A DNA stretch of 64,000 nucleotides from an uncultured Pseudomonadota bacterium. GTDB taxonomy: Bacteria > Oederibacteriota > Muellerivitia > Muellerivitales > Muellerivitaceae. Location: the NCBI GenBank assembly GCA_963836235.1, contig CAWIIP010000004.1, positions 192,001-256,000 of the forward strand, written 5' to 3'. Under the pieces are notes generated by a model that was given only the letters and a program-made list of their open reading frames with translations, did no database searches and was not told where the DNA came from. This document shows, in pieces, positions 1 through 9,017 of the stretch. How positions within the stretch are numbered: the first letter of the stretch is position 1; each line of letters begins with the position of its first letter. A program made the position numbers and the translations under genes.

Positions 1-1326
1 CCATTAGGAAAAACTCTTTCGGGGGAAATGGTTCAATTGGATTTGTGGGGAAGGGAAACCGAAAATTGGAACGTCCTTGTGGTTGGTTCCTCGGGTACCG
101 GCAAGTCCTTCACCATTAACCAACTAATCATCAAGAACCTCGCCTTGAACCCTTACGTGATGATTATCGATAAATCCCAATCCTATAAAACACTCTGCCG
201 GTTAGCGGGTGGCCGTTACCTCAATTATGACTTGGAGAGTAAAAACCACCTAAATATCTTCGATTATCCCTTGGATGAAATAAAGGAGAAGGAGGGGGAG
301 ATCGACTCGGAACATATTTCCAGCATCATCATGTACTTGGGAGTAGTCCTCGCCAATATCAAGGAAAACCGAATTGAGGAAACGGAGGAATTGGACAAAG
401 CGCTGCTTCAGGATGCAGTCAAACAAACCTACCGGAATGCCATCGGTGAGAAAAGGGTGCCTCTTTTAAGCGACCTCAAGGAAACCCTTCTGAAGACAGC
501 AGACGACAAGAAGATTCCGGGTGAGTTCCAATACCTTTGCCGAAAACAGGCAGAAGTTTTGAAGCTCTTTACCGGGAAGGGAATGTACGCCAACCTGACG
601 GACCGGGAATCCACCGTAAAAGCGGATAACTCCTTTATTGTTTTTGATACTTCCGGTATCAGCGACAACGACAAGAAGGCGGTGGGGTTGGCCGTCTTCG
701 TGATATCAAACTACTGCCTTCTAAAAGCCAAGCAGAACAAGGAATTAAACCGGCTTTCCCAACTGGCAATGGATGAGTGCTGGTACTTGGCGCAATACCC
801 GGCTGGATTGGCTTTCCTTCTTCGTATCGCTAAGACCGCCCGGCATTTGAGGCTCCAGCCCATTTTCGCCACCCAGGAGATTGGGGAGTTTTTTGGAGTG
901 AAGGGCGTTGAAGCGATTTTAAAGAACACTTCCACCAAAATCCTTTTGAAGTTGGTTGGCGACGACATCGACCACGCCAAGGGCCTTTTACAACTCAACC
1001 CAAACCAAGTGGAAAAAGTCATGAACCTGCATTTGGTGAAGGGCGTCTATTCCCAAGCAATGATTCACCAAACCCTAAGACAGGGAATCGTGAACATTTA
1101 CCCAGATGAGTTGGCTTACCACATTGCAACGACCTATGGCCCAGAAGCGGCCATTCGTGACCTATATCTGGAAACCTATGCTCCCAATGAGGACCCGGTG
1201 GCGACCTTGGGTGCTATCGCCAAATGGATAGAGGACAAGGAAAACAATACGGTATTAAAACCCGCTTCAAAGGAAAAAGAAGGGAAACCCATTTCAATTA
1301 AACGAGACGAGGTTTTGATGAAATGA
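1..1326 (+). CDS. virB4: VirB4-like conjugation ATPase, 5'-truncated by window edge
   Basis: Frame open from base 1 (PLGKTLSGEMVQL..); Walker A GSSGTGKS, Walker B MDECW; matches C-terminal half of 47080-49647. Confidence 0.85.
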   Translation, partial: PLGKTLSGEMVQLDLWGRETENWNVLVVGSSGTGKSFTINQLIIKNLALNPYVMIIDKSQSYKTLCRLAGGRYLNYDLESKNHLNIFDYPLDEIKEKEGEIDSEHISSIIMYLGVVLANIKENRIEETEELDKALLQDAVKQTYRNAIGEKRVPLLSDLKETLLKTADDKKIPGEFQYLCRKQAEVLKLFTGKGMYANLTDRESTVKADNSFIVFDTSGISDNDKKAVGLAVFVISNYCLLKAKQNKELNRLSQLAMDECWYLAQYPAGLAFLLRIAKTARHLRLQPIFATQEIGEFFGVKGVEAILKNTSTKILLKLVGDDIDHAKGLLQLNPNQVEKVMNLHLVKGVYSQAMIHQTLRQGIVNIYPDELAYHIATTYGPEAAIRDLYLETYAPNEDPVATLGAIAKWIEDKENNTVLKPASKEKEGKPISIKRDEVLMK

Positions 1327-1919
1327 CAGAACCCAAAAAAGATGAAGGCCATTCCATTGTCGATGTCATCGAAGAGGAACCTAAAAAGAAGGGATACACC
1401 GGGAAGATTATTATCGGGCTCGTTGTTGTTCTAATCGGTTTGGGTTCCACCCTTTATTGGGGAAAAAGAGGACAGGTGGTGGAATCCAAAAATGATGTTT
1501 CTGGTATTACAGCCCAAAAGGGTAATCAGGACTCCCAATACCAGGATGTAACAGATTTCGCGGAAAAGTTCACAATCATGGCCTTCAATTTCAGTTACAG
1601 CGATATGAACAATCAAGTGGGTAAAGTGGCGGACCTCATGAGCGACAACATGATGTCCTATTACCAGGAGGCTTTCCTTGATCCCAAGTGGGTCGCCTTT
1701 CTTTCGGACAACAAGGCCTATGTTTCCTATCAGCAGATAGACCGGTCGAGCGTGGAAAACACAGATGGGACCCATTATTGGGTGAGGGTCATTGGAAAGA
1801 ACCTTTATATCTCGGATGCCAGGGGATTGGGCTCTCAGATCGAATTGCCTTTTCACATTGTCGTGGTGGTCAAGCGGGAGAACGGAAAACTTATAGTGAC
1901 TGATTTCCAGAGGTTATGA
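1323..1919 (+). CDS. VirB8/TcpC-like bitopic T4SS component
   Basis: Single N-terminal TM followed by an NTF2-like alpha/beta pattern (FAEKF..Y.D..); directly after virB4. Confidence 0.55.
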   Translation: MTEPKKDEGHSIVDVIEEEPKKKGYTGKIIIGLVVVLIGLGSTLYWGKRGQVVESKNDVSGITAQKGNQDSQYQDVTDFAEKFTIMAFNFSYSDMNNQVGKVADLMSDNMMSYYQEAFLDPKWVAFLSDNKAYVSYQQIDRSSVENTDGTHYWVRVIGKNLYISDARGLGSQIELPFHIVVVVKRENGKLIVTDFQRL

Positions 1920-3394
1920 ATATGGAAGAAAACCTATTGCAAATAAACCCTGAATTAGCCAAACGGTGCCTTCAATCCGCCCACCTATATATGGAAACCA
2001 ACCGGGATAAAGAAGCGTTGAAGCTTTTCGATGAGGTTTTGGCCAAGCACCAGCCCCAAAATGTTGAGGCACACCTTGAATCCGCCAAGATATTTGTCAA
2101 ATACAAACAACCCCATTCCATCTTGAAGGTGATTAACCGTCTTCACAACTTCTCCCCCAAAACCCCGGAAAGTCTCGTCCTGCTTGCCCGTGCCCAATAC
2201 CAATTGGGCAATTTCAGCGACTGCCAAGACTCATTGAAAGAGATTTTTACTTTGAAAAGGGATTTTCCTGAGGGCGTGGCCCTAGAGGCTGAGTTGTGTA
2301 TCCGAACCGGGAAATATGAGACCGCCGTGGAAAAGTTTGAATCCTTGAGCCTCCGTTTTCCAAAAAACTACAATTATTTAACTCTTTTGGCCGCATCCCA
2401 TTACGCCAGAGGCCAATACCACCGGACCATCACTCTTTGTACGACACTCATGCAAGCCGGAGTGAATGACAACAAGGTCAACCGCCTTTATGAATTGGCA
2501 AAAAAGAAAAAGAGAATCGAAGCTTTAGGGAAGTTAAAGAAAGTAAAGCCCCTTAAATGGTTATTCGCCCAACTCTTCGATCCATTTTTGGAAAAAGAAA
2601 TGAGAGCGGAATCCGAGAACCAGACCACCCAAGAAAACCTTGTAAACGAAACTTTGGTAGACCATCGCACAGGGCTCTTAAACGATAGGGCCGCCGTCCA
2701 GCAGATCCCGGCCCTTGCCGCAAGAAGAAAGAACCACTTTTACCTTTCGATGGCGGATATCGACTTCTTCAAGTCCTTCAATGACGTCCATTACAACCAC
2801 CAAGTCGGAAACGCCGTATTGAAAGCCTTGGCAAAGGCGGGTCAGAGCATTTTCACCAAAAACAATATCTGGCGTTACGGGGGTGAAGAAATTGTCTGGG
2901 TTTTCGACGGCACTGAGGAAGAGGCGGTCGAAAAGGCCGAACTATTCAGGAAGCATTGCGAAGAGAAGGTTTCGGATGAAGCCAATGAAATCATAAAGAA
3001 AGAAGAAATAAGACATTTTACCGATGGCTTTGACCACAAAAAGGATGACCAATTCATCATCCATTACCCGGTAACTATCAGCCAAGCCCTGGTTGAGTGG
3101 GGAGAGGACGGAACCAACTTGGAGAATATTTTGACGGCGGCGGACAACGGACTTTACGCGGCAAAGGAAAACGGAAGGAACACGGTGGTTTTCAGGGGTG
3201 CAATCAGGAGCGTTGGGGTTAAGCCCGTCAAATACACCCCGGAATTGTTGGCAATCCTTCATGACTTTTCTTTTAAGAAAAGTTCAACCGATTGGTGGGC
3301 TTACCAGAAGTCGGTTAGTGAGAAGAAGAAAGAAGAGGCTCTGGAATATGCGAGGAATACCCTAATCGAAAAGGAGGTCCCCAAAAAGAAATAG
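1916..3394 (+). CDS. TPR-repeat GGDEF (diguanylate cyclase-like) protein
   Basis: N-terminal TPR helices; DHRTGLLN, DIDFFKSFND, RYGGEEI, AADNGLYAAKENGRN motifs. Confidence 0.88.
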   Translation: MNMEENLLQINPELAKRCLQSAHLYMETNRDKEALKLFDEVLAKHQPQNVEAHLESAKIFVKYKQPHSILKVINRLHNFSPKTPESLVLLARAQYQLGNFSDCQDSLKEIFTLKRDFPEGVALEAELCIRTGKYETAVEKFESLSLRFPKNYNYLTLLAASHYARGQYHRTITLCTTLMQAGVNDNKVNRLYELAKKKKRIEALGKLKKVKPLKWLFAQLFDPFLEKEMRAESENQTTQENLVNETLVDHRTGLLNDRAAVQQIPALAARRKNHFYLSMADIDFFKSFNDVHYNHQVGNAVLKALAKAGQSIFTKNNIWRYGGEEIVWVFDGTEEEAVEKAELFRKHCEEKVSDEANEIIKKEEIRHFTDGFDHKKDDQFIIHYPVTISQALVEWGEDGTNLENILTAADNGLYAAKENGRNTVVFRGAIRSVGVKPVKYTPELLAILHDFSFKKSSTDWWAYQKSVSEKKKEEALEYARNTLIEKEVPKKK

Positions 3395-3430
3395 TTTATT
3401 TGGAAGTTAAATCAAAAAAGGAGAAATCAA

Positions 3431-3733
3431 ATGGCTTTAAAAATCAACGTTACGAGGATGTACCCCTATGAAGGGGAGAACACCAAGGCGTTCTTTGATG
3501 TGAAGGTTGGCATTTCGGGTTACGAATTCTTTTTCAATGATTTGACCCTAGTGAAGAAAAAGGAAGGGGATGGGTTATTCATAGGCTTCCCCTCCCGTCC
3601 CGGCAAAAAGGAGGGTGATTACTTCCACTTTTGTAACGCCAACAAGAAAGCAAAAGAGGAGATTGAGAAGGCGGCTATGGCGGAATTCAAAAAGAAAGCC
3701 AAGGGCAAGGAATCCGCCCCGGCTGGGAAATAA
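3431..3733 (+). CDS. SpoVG-like nucleic-acid-binding protein
   Basis: KAFFDV..., GLFIGFPSR, GDYF motifs typical of SpoVG; RBS AGGAG. Confidence 0.7.
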   Translation: MALKINVTRMYPYEGENTKAFFDVKVGISGYEFFFNDLTLVKKKEGDGLFIGFPSRPGKKEGDYFHFCNANKKAKEEIEKAAMAEFKKKAKGKESAPAGK

Positions 3734-3760
3734 CCAAAACCGTTTTTAGGGGAGGGGAGA

Positions 3761-4048
3761 ATGGATAGGAGAAAACCAGACCGCAGAAACCCAAATCAGG
3801 ATCAGCTCTTGTCTGACAAACAGGTTGCCCTGATGGCCGGGGTGCCGGTCAATACCGTGAGTTATTGGCGCTTGGCGGGTATGCTTCCGTTCGTGAAGCT
3901 CGGAAGGCATCCGAGGGTTTGGCTGTCCGTGTTCCAAAAAACATTCCACCAACCAAAATCAAATGGCCCTTGGGAACCATTGAGTGAAGGTGTTAATATA
4001 CAAACACAAAGTGCAGGTGGCATTAGGAGGAAACATGGCAAGACCTAA
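3761..4048 (+). CDS. Excisionase-like HTH_17/MerR-type DNA-binding protein
   Basis: LLSDKQVALMAGVPVNTVSYWRLAGMLPFVKLGRHPR; overlaps integrase start. Confidence 0.8.
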   Translation: MDRRKPDRRNPNQDQLLSDKQVALMAGVPVNTVSYWRLAGMLPFVKLGRHPRVWLSVFQKTFHQPKSNGPWEPLSEGVNIQTQSAGGIRRKHGKT

Positions 4049-5144
4049 TGTACACGGATTACCGCAACATCTTCGAAAGGATGTGGCGGGATACTTTTTA
4101 GAGTATTACTTAAAAGAAGGAGGAATAAAAACTAGGAGAAGGGTCCGATTGGGACACATTCCTTTGGTCCAAGCCAAAAAATTACTGGCCCAAAACATGG
4201 CTGAGATTGTCGAGGGCAAGTTTTTATCAAGCGAAAAGGCGAAAGTCACATTTGCCGAATCCGCTGATTCGTTTTTGGCCTATTCCAAAGCCAGGAAAAA
4301 AAGCCACAGGAACGATCCACCGATCGTATCCCGGTTCAAGGCTTTTTTTGGAAACCGGTCTTTGGAAAGTTTGACCCCTGACCTCGTGGAGGCCTATTTG
4401 ATCCAGAGGCAACGGGATGGACAATTGAACCATAAGGGGAAGCCCATTACGGGAACCAGTTTGAACAAGGAAATTGCCTGCCTCAAGACGATAGTTCGGC
4501 GGGCGATGCTCAATGGACAGATTGATCGCAATCCGATTTTCGGGGTCCGCAAGTACAAGGAAGTACCTAGGAATAGGACCTTGAACCCGGAGGAGTTCCA
4601 GAAGCTTTTTGAGATGGCTACTCCCCGGTTGCGACCGATTATCGCGTTGGGCTACTACACCGGAATGAGGTGTGGGGAGGTCCTTGGTTTGAAGTTTACT
4701 CAACTGGACTTCAAACACAAAATCCTAGTTTTGGAAGCGTTGGACACAAAGACCATGGAGAGGAGGGAAATTCCCTTAAGTGACGCCTTGATCGGGTTGC
4801 TTAGGCAGGTTCCCCCGACCCTGGGAAGCCCCTACGTTTTCACATACAAAGGGAAACCCATGAAGAGCATCAAACGGGCTTTTAAGTGGGCTTGCCGTAA
4901 AGCGGGGATCGACAACTTTAGGTTCCACGATCTCAGACATTGTATGGTCACGAATTTCAGGAAGGCGGGGGTAAGTGACAACGTAATCATGTCGATTTCG
5001 GGCCATAAGACCCATTCGGTGTTCAGGCGGTATGACCGGGTGGATCGGGATGACCGGCATGGTGCCCTTCAAAAAGTTGAAATTTTGATAGACACGAATA
5101 AGACACTCGTAGAAAATCAGTGTCCCTCAGAGGGAGCTAAGTAG
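4035..5144 (+). CDS. int: Tyrosine recombinase/integrase
   Basis: TGMRCGE (R), K, FHDLRH (HxxR), SGHK, RRY catalytic residues; ATG 4035 after AGGAGG; adjacent to att. Confidence 0.93.
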   Translation: MARPNVHGLPQHLRKDVAGYFLEYYLKEGGIKTRRRVRLGHIPLVQAKKLLAQNMAEIVEGKFLSSEKAKVTFAESADSFLAYSKARKKSHRNDPPIVSRFKAFFGNRSLESLTPDLVEAYLIQRQRDGQLNHKGKPITGTSLNKEIACLKTIVRRAMLNGQIDRNPIFGVRKYKEVPRNRTLNPEEFQKLFEMATPRLRPIIALGYYTGMRCGEVLGLKFTQLDFKHKILVLEALDTKTMERREIPLSDALIGLLRQVPPTLGSPYVFTYKGKPMKSIKRAFKWACRKAGIDNFRFHDLRHCMVTNFRKAGVSDNVIMSISGHKTHSVFRRYDRVDRDDRHGALQKVEILIDTNKTLVENQCPSEGAK

Positions 5145-5212
5145 CTCAAAAACCTTTTGAACAAAAGGGTTTTTGGTGGTTGTTGGTGAAGGGAAAAGAA
5201 CCGAGCCGTTTT

Positions 5213-5262
5213 CTTGTAAGCGGCAGGTCACCGGTCCGATTCCGGTCGCCAGCTCCATTTTT
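5213..5262 (+). repeat. att core, copy 1: 3' half of tRNA-Thr(TGT)
   Basis: CTTGTAAGCGGCAGGTCACCGGTCCGATTCCGGTCGCCAGCTCCATTTTT, identical to 53917-53966; anticodon loop, T-arm, CCA. Confidence 0.92.
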
Positions 5263-5398
5263 AAAAAAACTGTTCCCAGCAAGGTTTTAAAAGCCTTTGC
5301 TTGTAAGGGTTTCACGACCTAAACGGGCAAAGGCTCCTTTTTTTGAATTGATCGTCAATGATCATCAGCGATCCTAAAAACTCATAAAAAAGCAATTC

Positions 5399-5417
5399 GA
5401 TTGACACGTATATGACA
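5399..5417 (+). promoter_or_regulatory. Putative integrase arm-type site
   Basis: GATTGACACGTATATGACA vs GATTGACACGCATATGACA at 53791-53809; variant at ~5087-5106. Confidence 0.6.
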
Positions 5418-5526
5418 GGAAGATTTATCGAAATTCCTGTGGATATGAACTTGTCAACTTTTGCCGATGGGAATAAAGATAAAGGGTCTTTGGTGTCCCA
5501 TTAATCTTTGAAGAAGTCAAACCGCC

Positions 5527-7371
5527 ATGAATACCGGGAATTTATTCAAGAAGATCGAGAGCCACACCCCCCCTCTCTTAGTCGGTTTTGCCACTTATTC
5601 GGGCCTTAAATTCATCCTAGAGGCCTTTGGGGTAATAGGTGTCTCCGTCAATCCTTTCGACACAATTTCGATCCTTTCCGTGGGTTTTCTCTACATGTTT
5701 GAGAAGCATGTCCGCTTGGACCACCTCTTGGCCTTAGCCCCCGCCGTCATTGCATTAGCATTTTGCCATGACTTTTTCGGGGTGTTGTTGGGGACGGATG
5801 GGTTTACAGGGGATGTAGTAATGGGTATTTCCATCCTCATTGGTTTTTGCGTTTATTTCATCCATTTCACAACGGAAAAAATTGCGGAACAATCGGCGGA
5901 ATCCCCAAAGGAGGAGAAGGGGAAATATCCCCTTTACCTTGATTCCGAGGATAAGTATTTCATCCCAACGGAAATGCTCAAATACCACGCAGAGGTTATT
6001 GGATCTTCCGGCACCGGAAAGACCAACATCTTCAATCACCTAATCGAGCAAGGCATCAAGAATGGGATTGGAATGTTTGTATTTGACGCGAAGTCTAACT
6101 ACAACAAACACATTCCATATTTCGCATCAAAATATGGGAGGCTCCATGACCTGAAATATTTTGATTTAGCCGATGTGAAGAGGAGTCAGACCTATAACCC
6201 TGATTTCAAGGATAAGCCGGACGAGGTTTTCAACGGTCTCATGAAGTCGTTATTTTATGGCCCCGTAAAAGAGGAATATTACAGGGACCAAGCAAGCGAA
6301 GTTTTAAGCAATCTGACAAACCTTCTTTTTAAGGAATTTACCCATGTCACAAGGATGGATTATCAGAACCTGATTTCAAACGAGATCAGATCGTTCAAGA
6401 CAATCCAATGGCTTGCCACGAAATACGAAGACACGGTTTCAGGAAAATACTTTTTAGAAAAATGGATGCACATGTCCGAAAAGGACAGGGAATTAAACCT
6501 ATCCGGCCTGACCAGCAAGCTTTCCAGATTCACCAGCCGGGAATGGTCGCCATTAATCAACACCCTAAATCCAGAGATCAAAATGAGGGACGTAGTCGAA
6601 AAACAGCAGATATTCTTATTTGGCACATCTTCCTTGGTGAACCAGGAGGATTCAAAACCAGTGATTATTTCGGCTTTGGTGGACTTGGCCGGTGTAATTG
6701 GAAGACGCCTTATTGAGAAGCCCCAAAAACCCTTTTTTGTCTTTTTGGACGAGTTCTACACCGCCGCATATCCAGGATTGAATGACCTAATATCCCTTGG
6801 ACGGGAGGCCAATGTTTGCTTTTTCTTGGCCCATCACAGTTTGGGCCAGCTTGGGGCGGTCAGTCAGGAGTTTAAGGACGACATATTAACGAATACGAAC
6901 CACAAGATCGTGATGAACATCACCGAAAAAGATACGGTGGATTTCTTCGCCTCCATATTCGGAACTAAGGTAACGAAAAAGGATGTTTATTCCTTTGATA
7001 CCAGATCAGCCCAGGCGAGGGGTAGGACTGAAAAGCCGGATGAGGAATTCATCATCCATCCCAATTACCTTAGGCTTATGAGGCGCGGGGAAGCTGTCTG
7101 TCGAATCGTTTATGTTACCGGTCCCAGGATATTTAAAATGAAACTCAAAGAAGTCAAAAGCCCTCCTGCCAGCTTTGATTATGTGGGCTGTGTTCCTACT
7201 AGGAACAATCATTTGAAGCCAAATGAATACAACAAGATCGTTGTTCCCAAAGTCGAAACAACCCCGAAATCCAAACCCAAAAAAGAGGGGGATCAGGTTC
7301 CTCCCACCAAATCCGTTCCTGAACCGAAACCCAAAACAAGTGGATTGAGCCACGGAGAAAATGCTTCCTAA
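5527..7371 (+). CDS. Type IV coupling protein (TraD/VirD4 family)
   Basis: N-terminal TMs; Walker A GSSGTGKT; FDAK; Walker B FLDEF; GREAN motif. Confidence 0.85.
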   Translation: MNTGNLFKKIESHTPPLLVGFATYSGLKFILEAFGVIGVSVNPFDTISILSVGFLYMFEKHVRLDHLLALAPAVIALAFCHDFFGVLLGTDGFTGDVVMGISILIGFCVYFIHFTTEKIAEQSAESPKEEKGKYPLYLDSEDKYFIPTEMLKYHAEVIGSSGTGKTNIFNHLIEQGIKNGIGMFVFDAKSNYNKHIPYFASKYGRLHDLKYFDLADVKRSQTYNPDFKDKPDEVFNGLMKSLFYGPVKEEYYRDQASEVLSNLTNLLFKEFTHVTRMDYQNLISNEIRSFKTIQWLATKYEDTVSGKYFLEKWMHMSEKDRELNLSGLTSKLSRFTSREWSPLINTLNPEIKMRDVVEKQQIFLFGTSSLVNQEDSKPVIISALVDLAGVIGRRLIEKPQKPFFVFLDEFYTAAYPGLNDLISLGREANVCFFLAHHSLGQLGAVSQEFKDDILTNTNHKIVMNITEKDTVDFFASIFGTKVTKKDVYSFDTRSAQARGRTEKPDEEFIIHPNYLRLMRRGEAVCRIVYVTGPRIFKMKLKEVKSPPASFDYVGCVPTRNNHLKPNEYNKIVVPKVETTPKSKPKKEGDQVPPTKSVPEPKPKTSGLSHGENAS

Positions 7372-7389
7372 GAAGGATTAGTAATACTT

Positions 7390-8202
7390 ATGAGCGATTT
7401 TCTTGAGATTAACGAAAACGAAGCCGAACATCTTGCATGGATTCACTCAAATAAATTTACGATTCCCGACGTCTTTCATCAAAAATTTTTTAAGTCAAGT
7501 TACAGGTACGCTTGTCGAGTCCTCAGAAAATATTATCTAAAAAAAGGTTTTCTGAGTATGACAAAAGCAGAAGGGACAACCTTTCAAGATTCAATATATT
7601 TTCTTACGACAAACGCCTTAAGAAGTTTGGATTCCAAAAACAAAATCTTGGTTCGAGGGACAAAATTTCCGATAAAAGTGAATCCTTATGAAAGGCAACA
7701 TGATCTGATGGTTCAGGAGATTAGGGTTGCAATAGAGGCAAGCGAGGACTTATCCGATATATTTTGGGTAACGGATTTTGAAATGCGGTCTGGAATAACC
7801 CCTTCCATTAAAGCCAGATTCGTTGAGGGAAAATTTGACAAAAACGAATGGAGGTCAAATGGTTTGAACCCCAACAGCACTGGCCGTAGAACACCTGATG
7901 GTTATTTCGAAGCGGATTTGGAGGGGCAGAGGGAGGGATTTACCCTTGAGTTTGAACATCATCCTTACGACGACAGAAAATTCAATCGAATGGCATGGTA
8001 TTTAAAACAGTATTTTCCTAATGCTACAAAACTTGTCGTTTCCGCTAGCCGGGAGAATTCAATACGGATGATAAAAGCCCTTCAAACAAAAATTAAAAGC
8101 GGGGAACAAGATAAGTGGTTTGTTACGGATTTTGAAAAAATTAAAACACTACCATTCAAGAAAATATGGCATCAACTTAACCATCCATTGGAGAAAGTGT
8201 AA
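7390..8202 (+). CDS. Replication-relaxation (Replic_Relax-like) protein, candidate relaxase
   Basis: wHTH-like N-terminus, HDL, RTPDGYF..LEFE PD-(D/E)xK-like pattern; directly after T4CP. Confidence 0.6.
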   Translation: MSDFLEINENEAEHLAWIHSNKFTIPDVFHQKFFKSSYRYACRVLRKYYLKKGFLSMTKAEGTTFQDSIYFLTTNALRSLDSKNKILVRGTKFPIKVNPYERQHDLMVQEIRVAIEASEDLSDIFWVTDFEMRSGITPSIKARFVEGKFDKNEWRSNGLNPNSTGRRTPDGYFEADLEGQREGFTLEFEHHPYDDRKFNRMAWYLKQYFPNATKLVVSASRENSIRMIKALQTKIKSGEQDKWFVTDFEKIKTLPFKKIWHQLNHPLEKV

Positions 8203-8206
8203 CGGT

Positions 8207-8941
8207 TTAATCTTTATCCCTTTTTATAAAAGCTATGCTTTCAAAAAGTCTAGAGGCGTAGGCGTCTGCTGGAATTTTTACCCATGCTGGATTTATTTTA
8301 AGAATCCATAAAAAAATCAAAATGAGATCAAAAATAAATAAACCGGTTGTAATTTCTTTAATTGCAATTCCCCCACGTAAGTTTAAAGTTATTTCGAATA
8401 GTTGAAAAAAAGAAAGAGAAAATAGTATAAAAAGTGCAAAAGGTTTCATGGCCCACAGGTTCCGACGAAACCCATAACTCACGTTTTCTGTAAAGAGGAT
8501 CGAGAACTTTTTGGTGTCCCTGGTTCTTTCGATGAGGAAACGACAGAAGCTTTCGTAAATTTCATCTGCAAGTTGTGGATTCTTATTTTCAAAAGCTTTT
8601 GTTAATTTTTTTCTAATTTTTAGGTTTTTAGAGAGTTCAGTTAAATATCGTTTGTGTGTTATGGGGTCTAGCCATGTGTTTCGGAATCTTAGAATGGATA
8701 TACTTGGTTTTCCGGCCCACCTCTTAAATAACCAAGCTTCTTTTCGCTTTCCAGCATCGCGACCCGCTTCCCCTAAAAAGTGAATAATTCCGAATGAGGT
8801 AAGTATGGAGATAATGGATTTACGTTCAATCCAAAGCTCTGGGAACCTAATAATTAAAAAAAGGATTATGGGAAATAAAACAATAAGGGAGGCCAAAAAC
8901 CTAGCTTTATAGGCATAAAAGGCACTTGAAACAGTTGTCAT
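8207..8941 (-). CDS. Multi-TM membrane protein, divergent from MBL-E1/E2-JAB operon
   Basis: Two hydrophobic hairpins; ENVSYGFRRNL motif; low-GC like the adjacent operon. Confidence 0.6.
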   Translation of the reverse strand: MTTVSSAFYAYKARFLASLIVLFPIILFLIIRFPELWIERKSIISILTSFGIIHFLGEAGRDAGKRKEAWLFKRWAGKPSISILRFRNTWLDPITHKRYLTELSKNLKIRKKLTKAFENKNPQLADEIYESFCRFLIERTRDTKKFSILFTENVSYGFRRNLWAMKPFALFILFSLSFFQLFEITLNLRGGIAIKEITTGLFIFDLILIFLWILKINPAWVKIPADAYASRLFESIAFIKRDKD

Positions 8942-9017
8942 TAGAACCTATTTTCATTGGGGTAAAAAATTAAAGGCGACAAACCTATACCATAATATAA
9001 CCATTTAAGGAGTATGT

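Larger units (their letters stand above)
1..5262 (+). mobile_element. Right end of upstream ICE (element 1), extends beyond window start
   Basis: VirB4/VirB8-like/GGDEF/SpoVG/Xis/Int cassette ending at a tRNA-Thr 3' fragment; paralogous to 47080-53966. Confidence 0.85.

Noticed and set aside
1-5262. Assembly artefact duplicating 48.3-54 kb
   Set aside because: The copies differ throughout at synonymous and non-synonymous sites and by the 50246-50590 insertion
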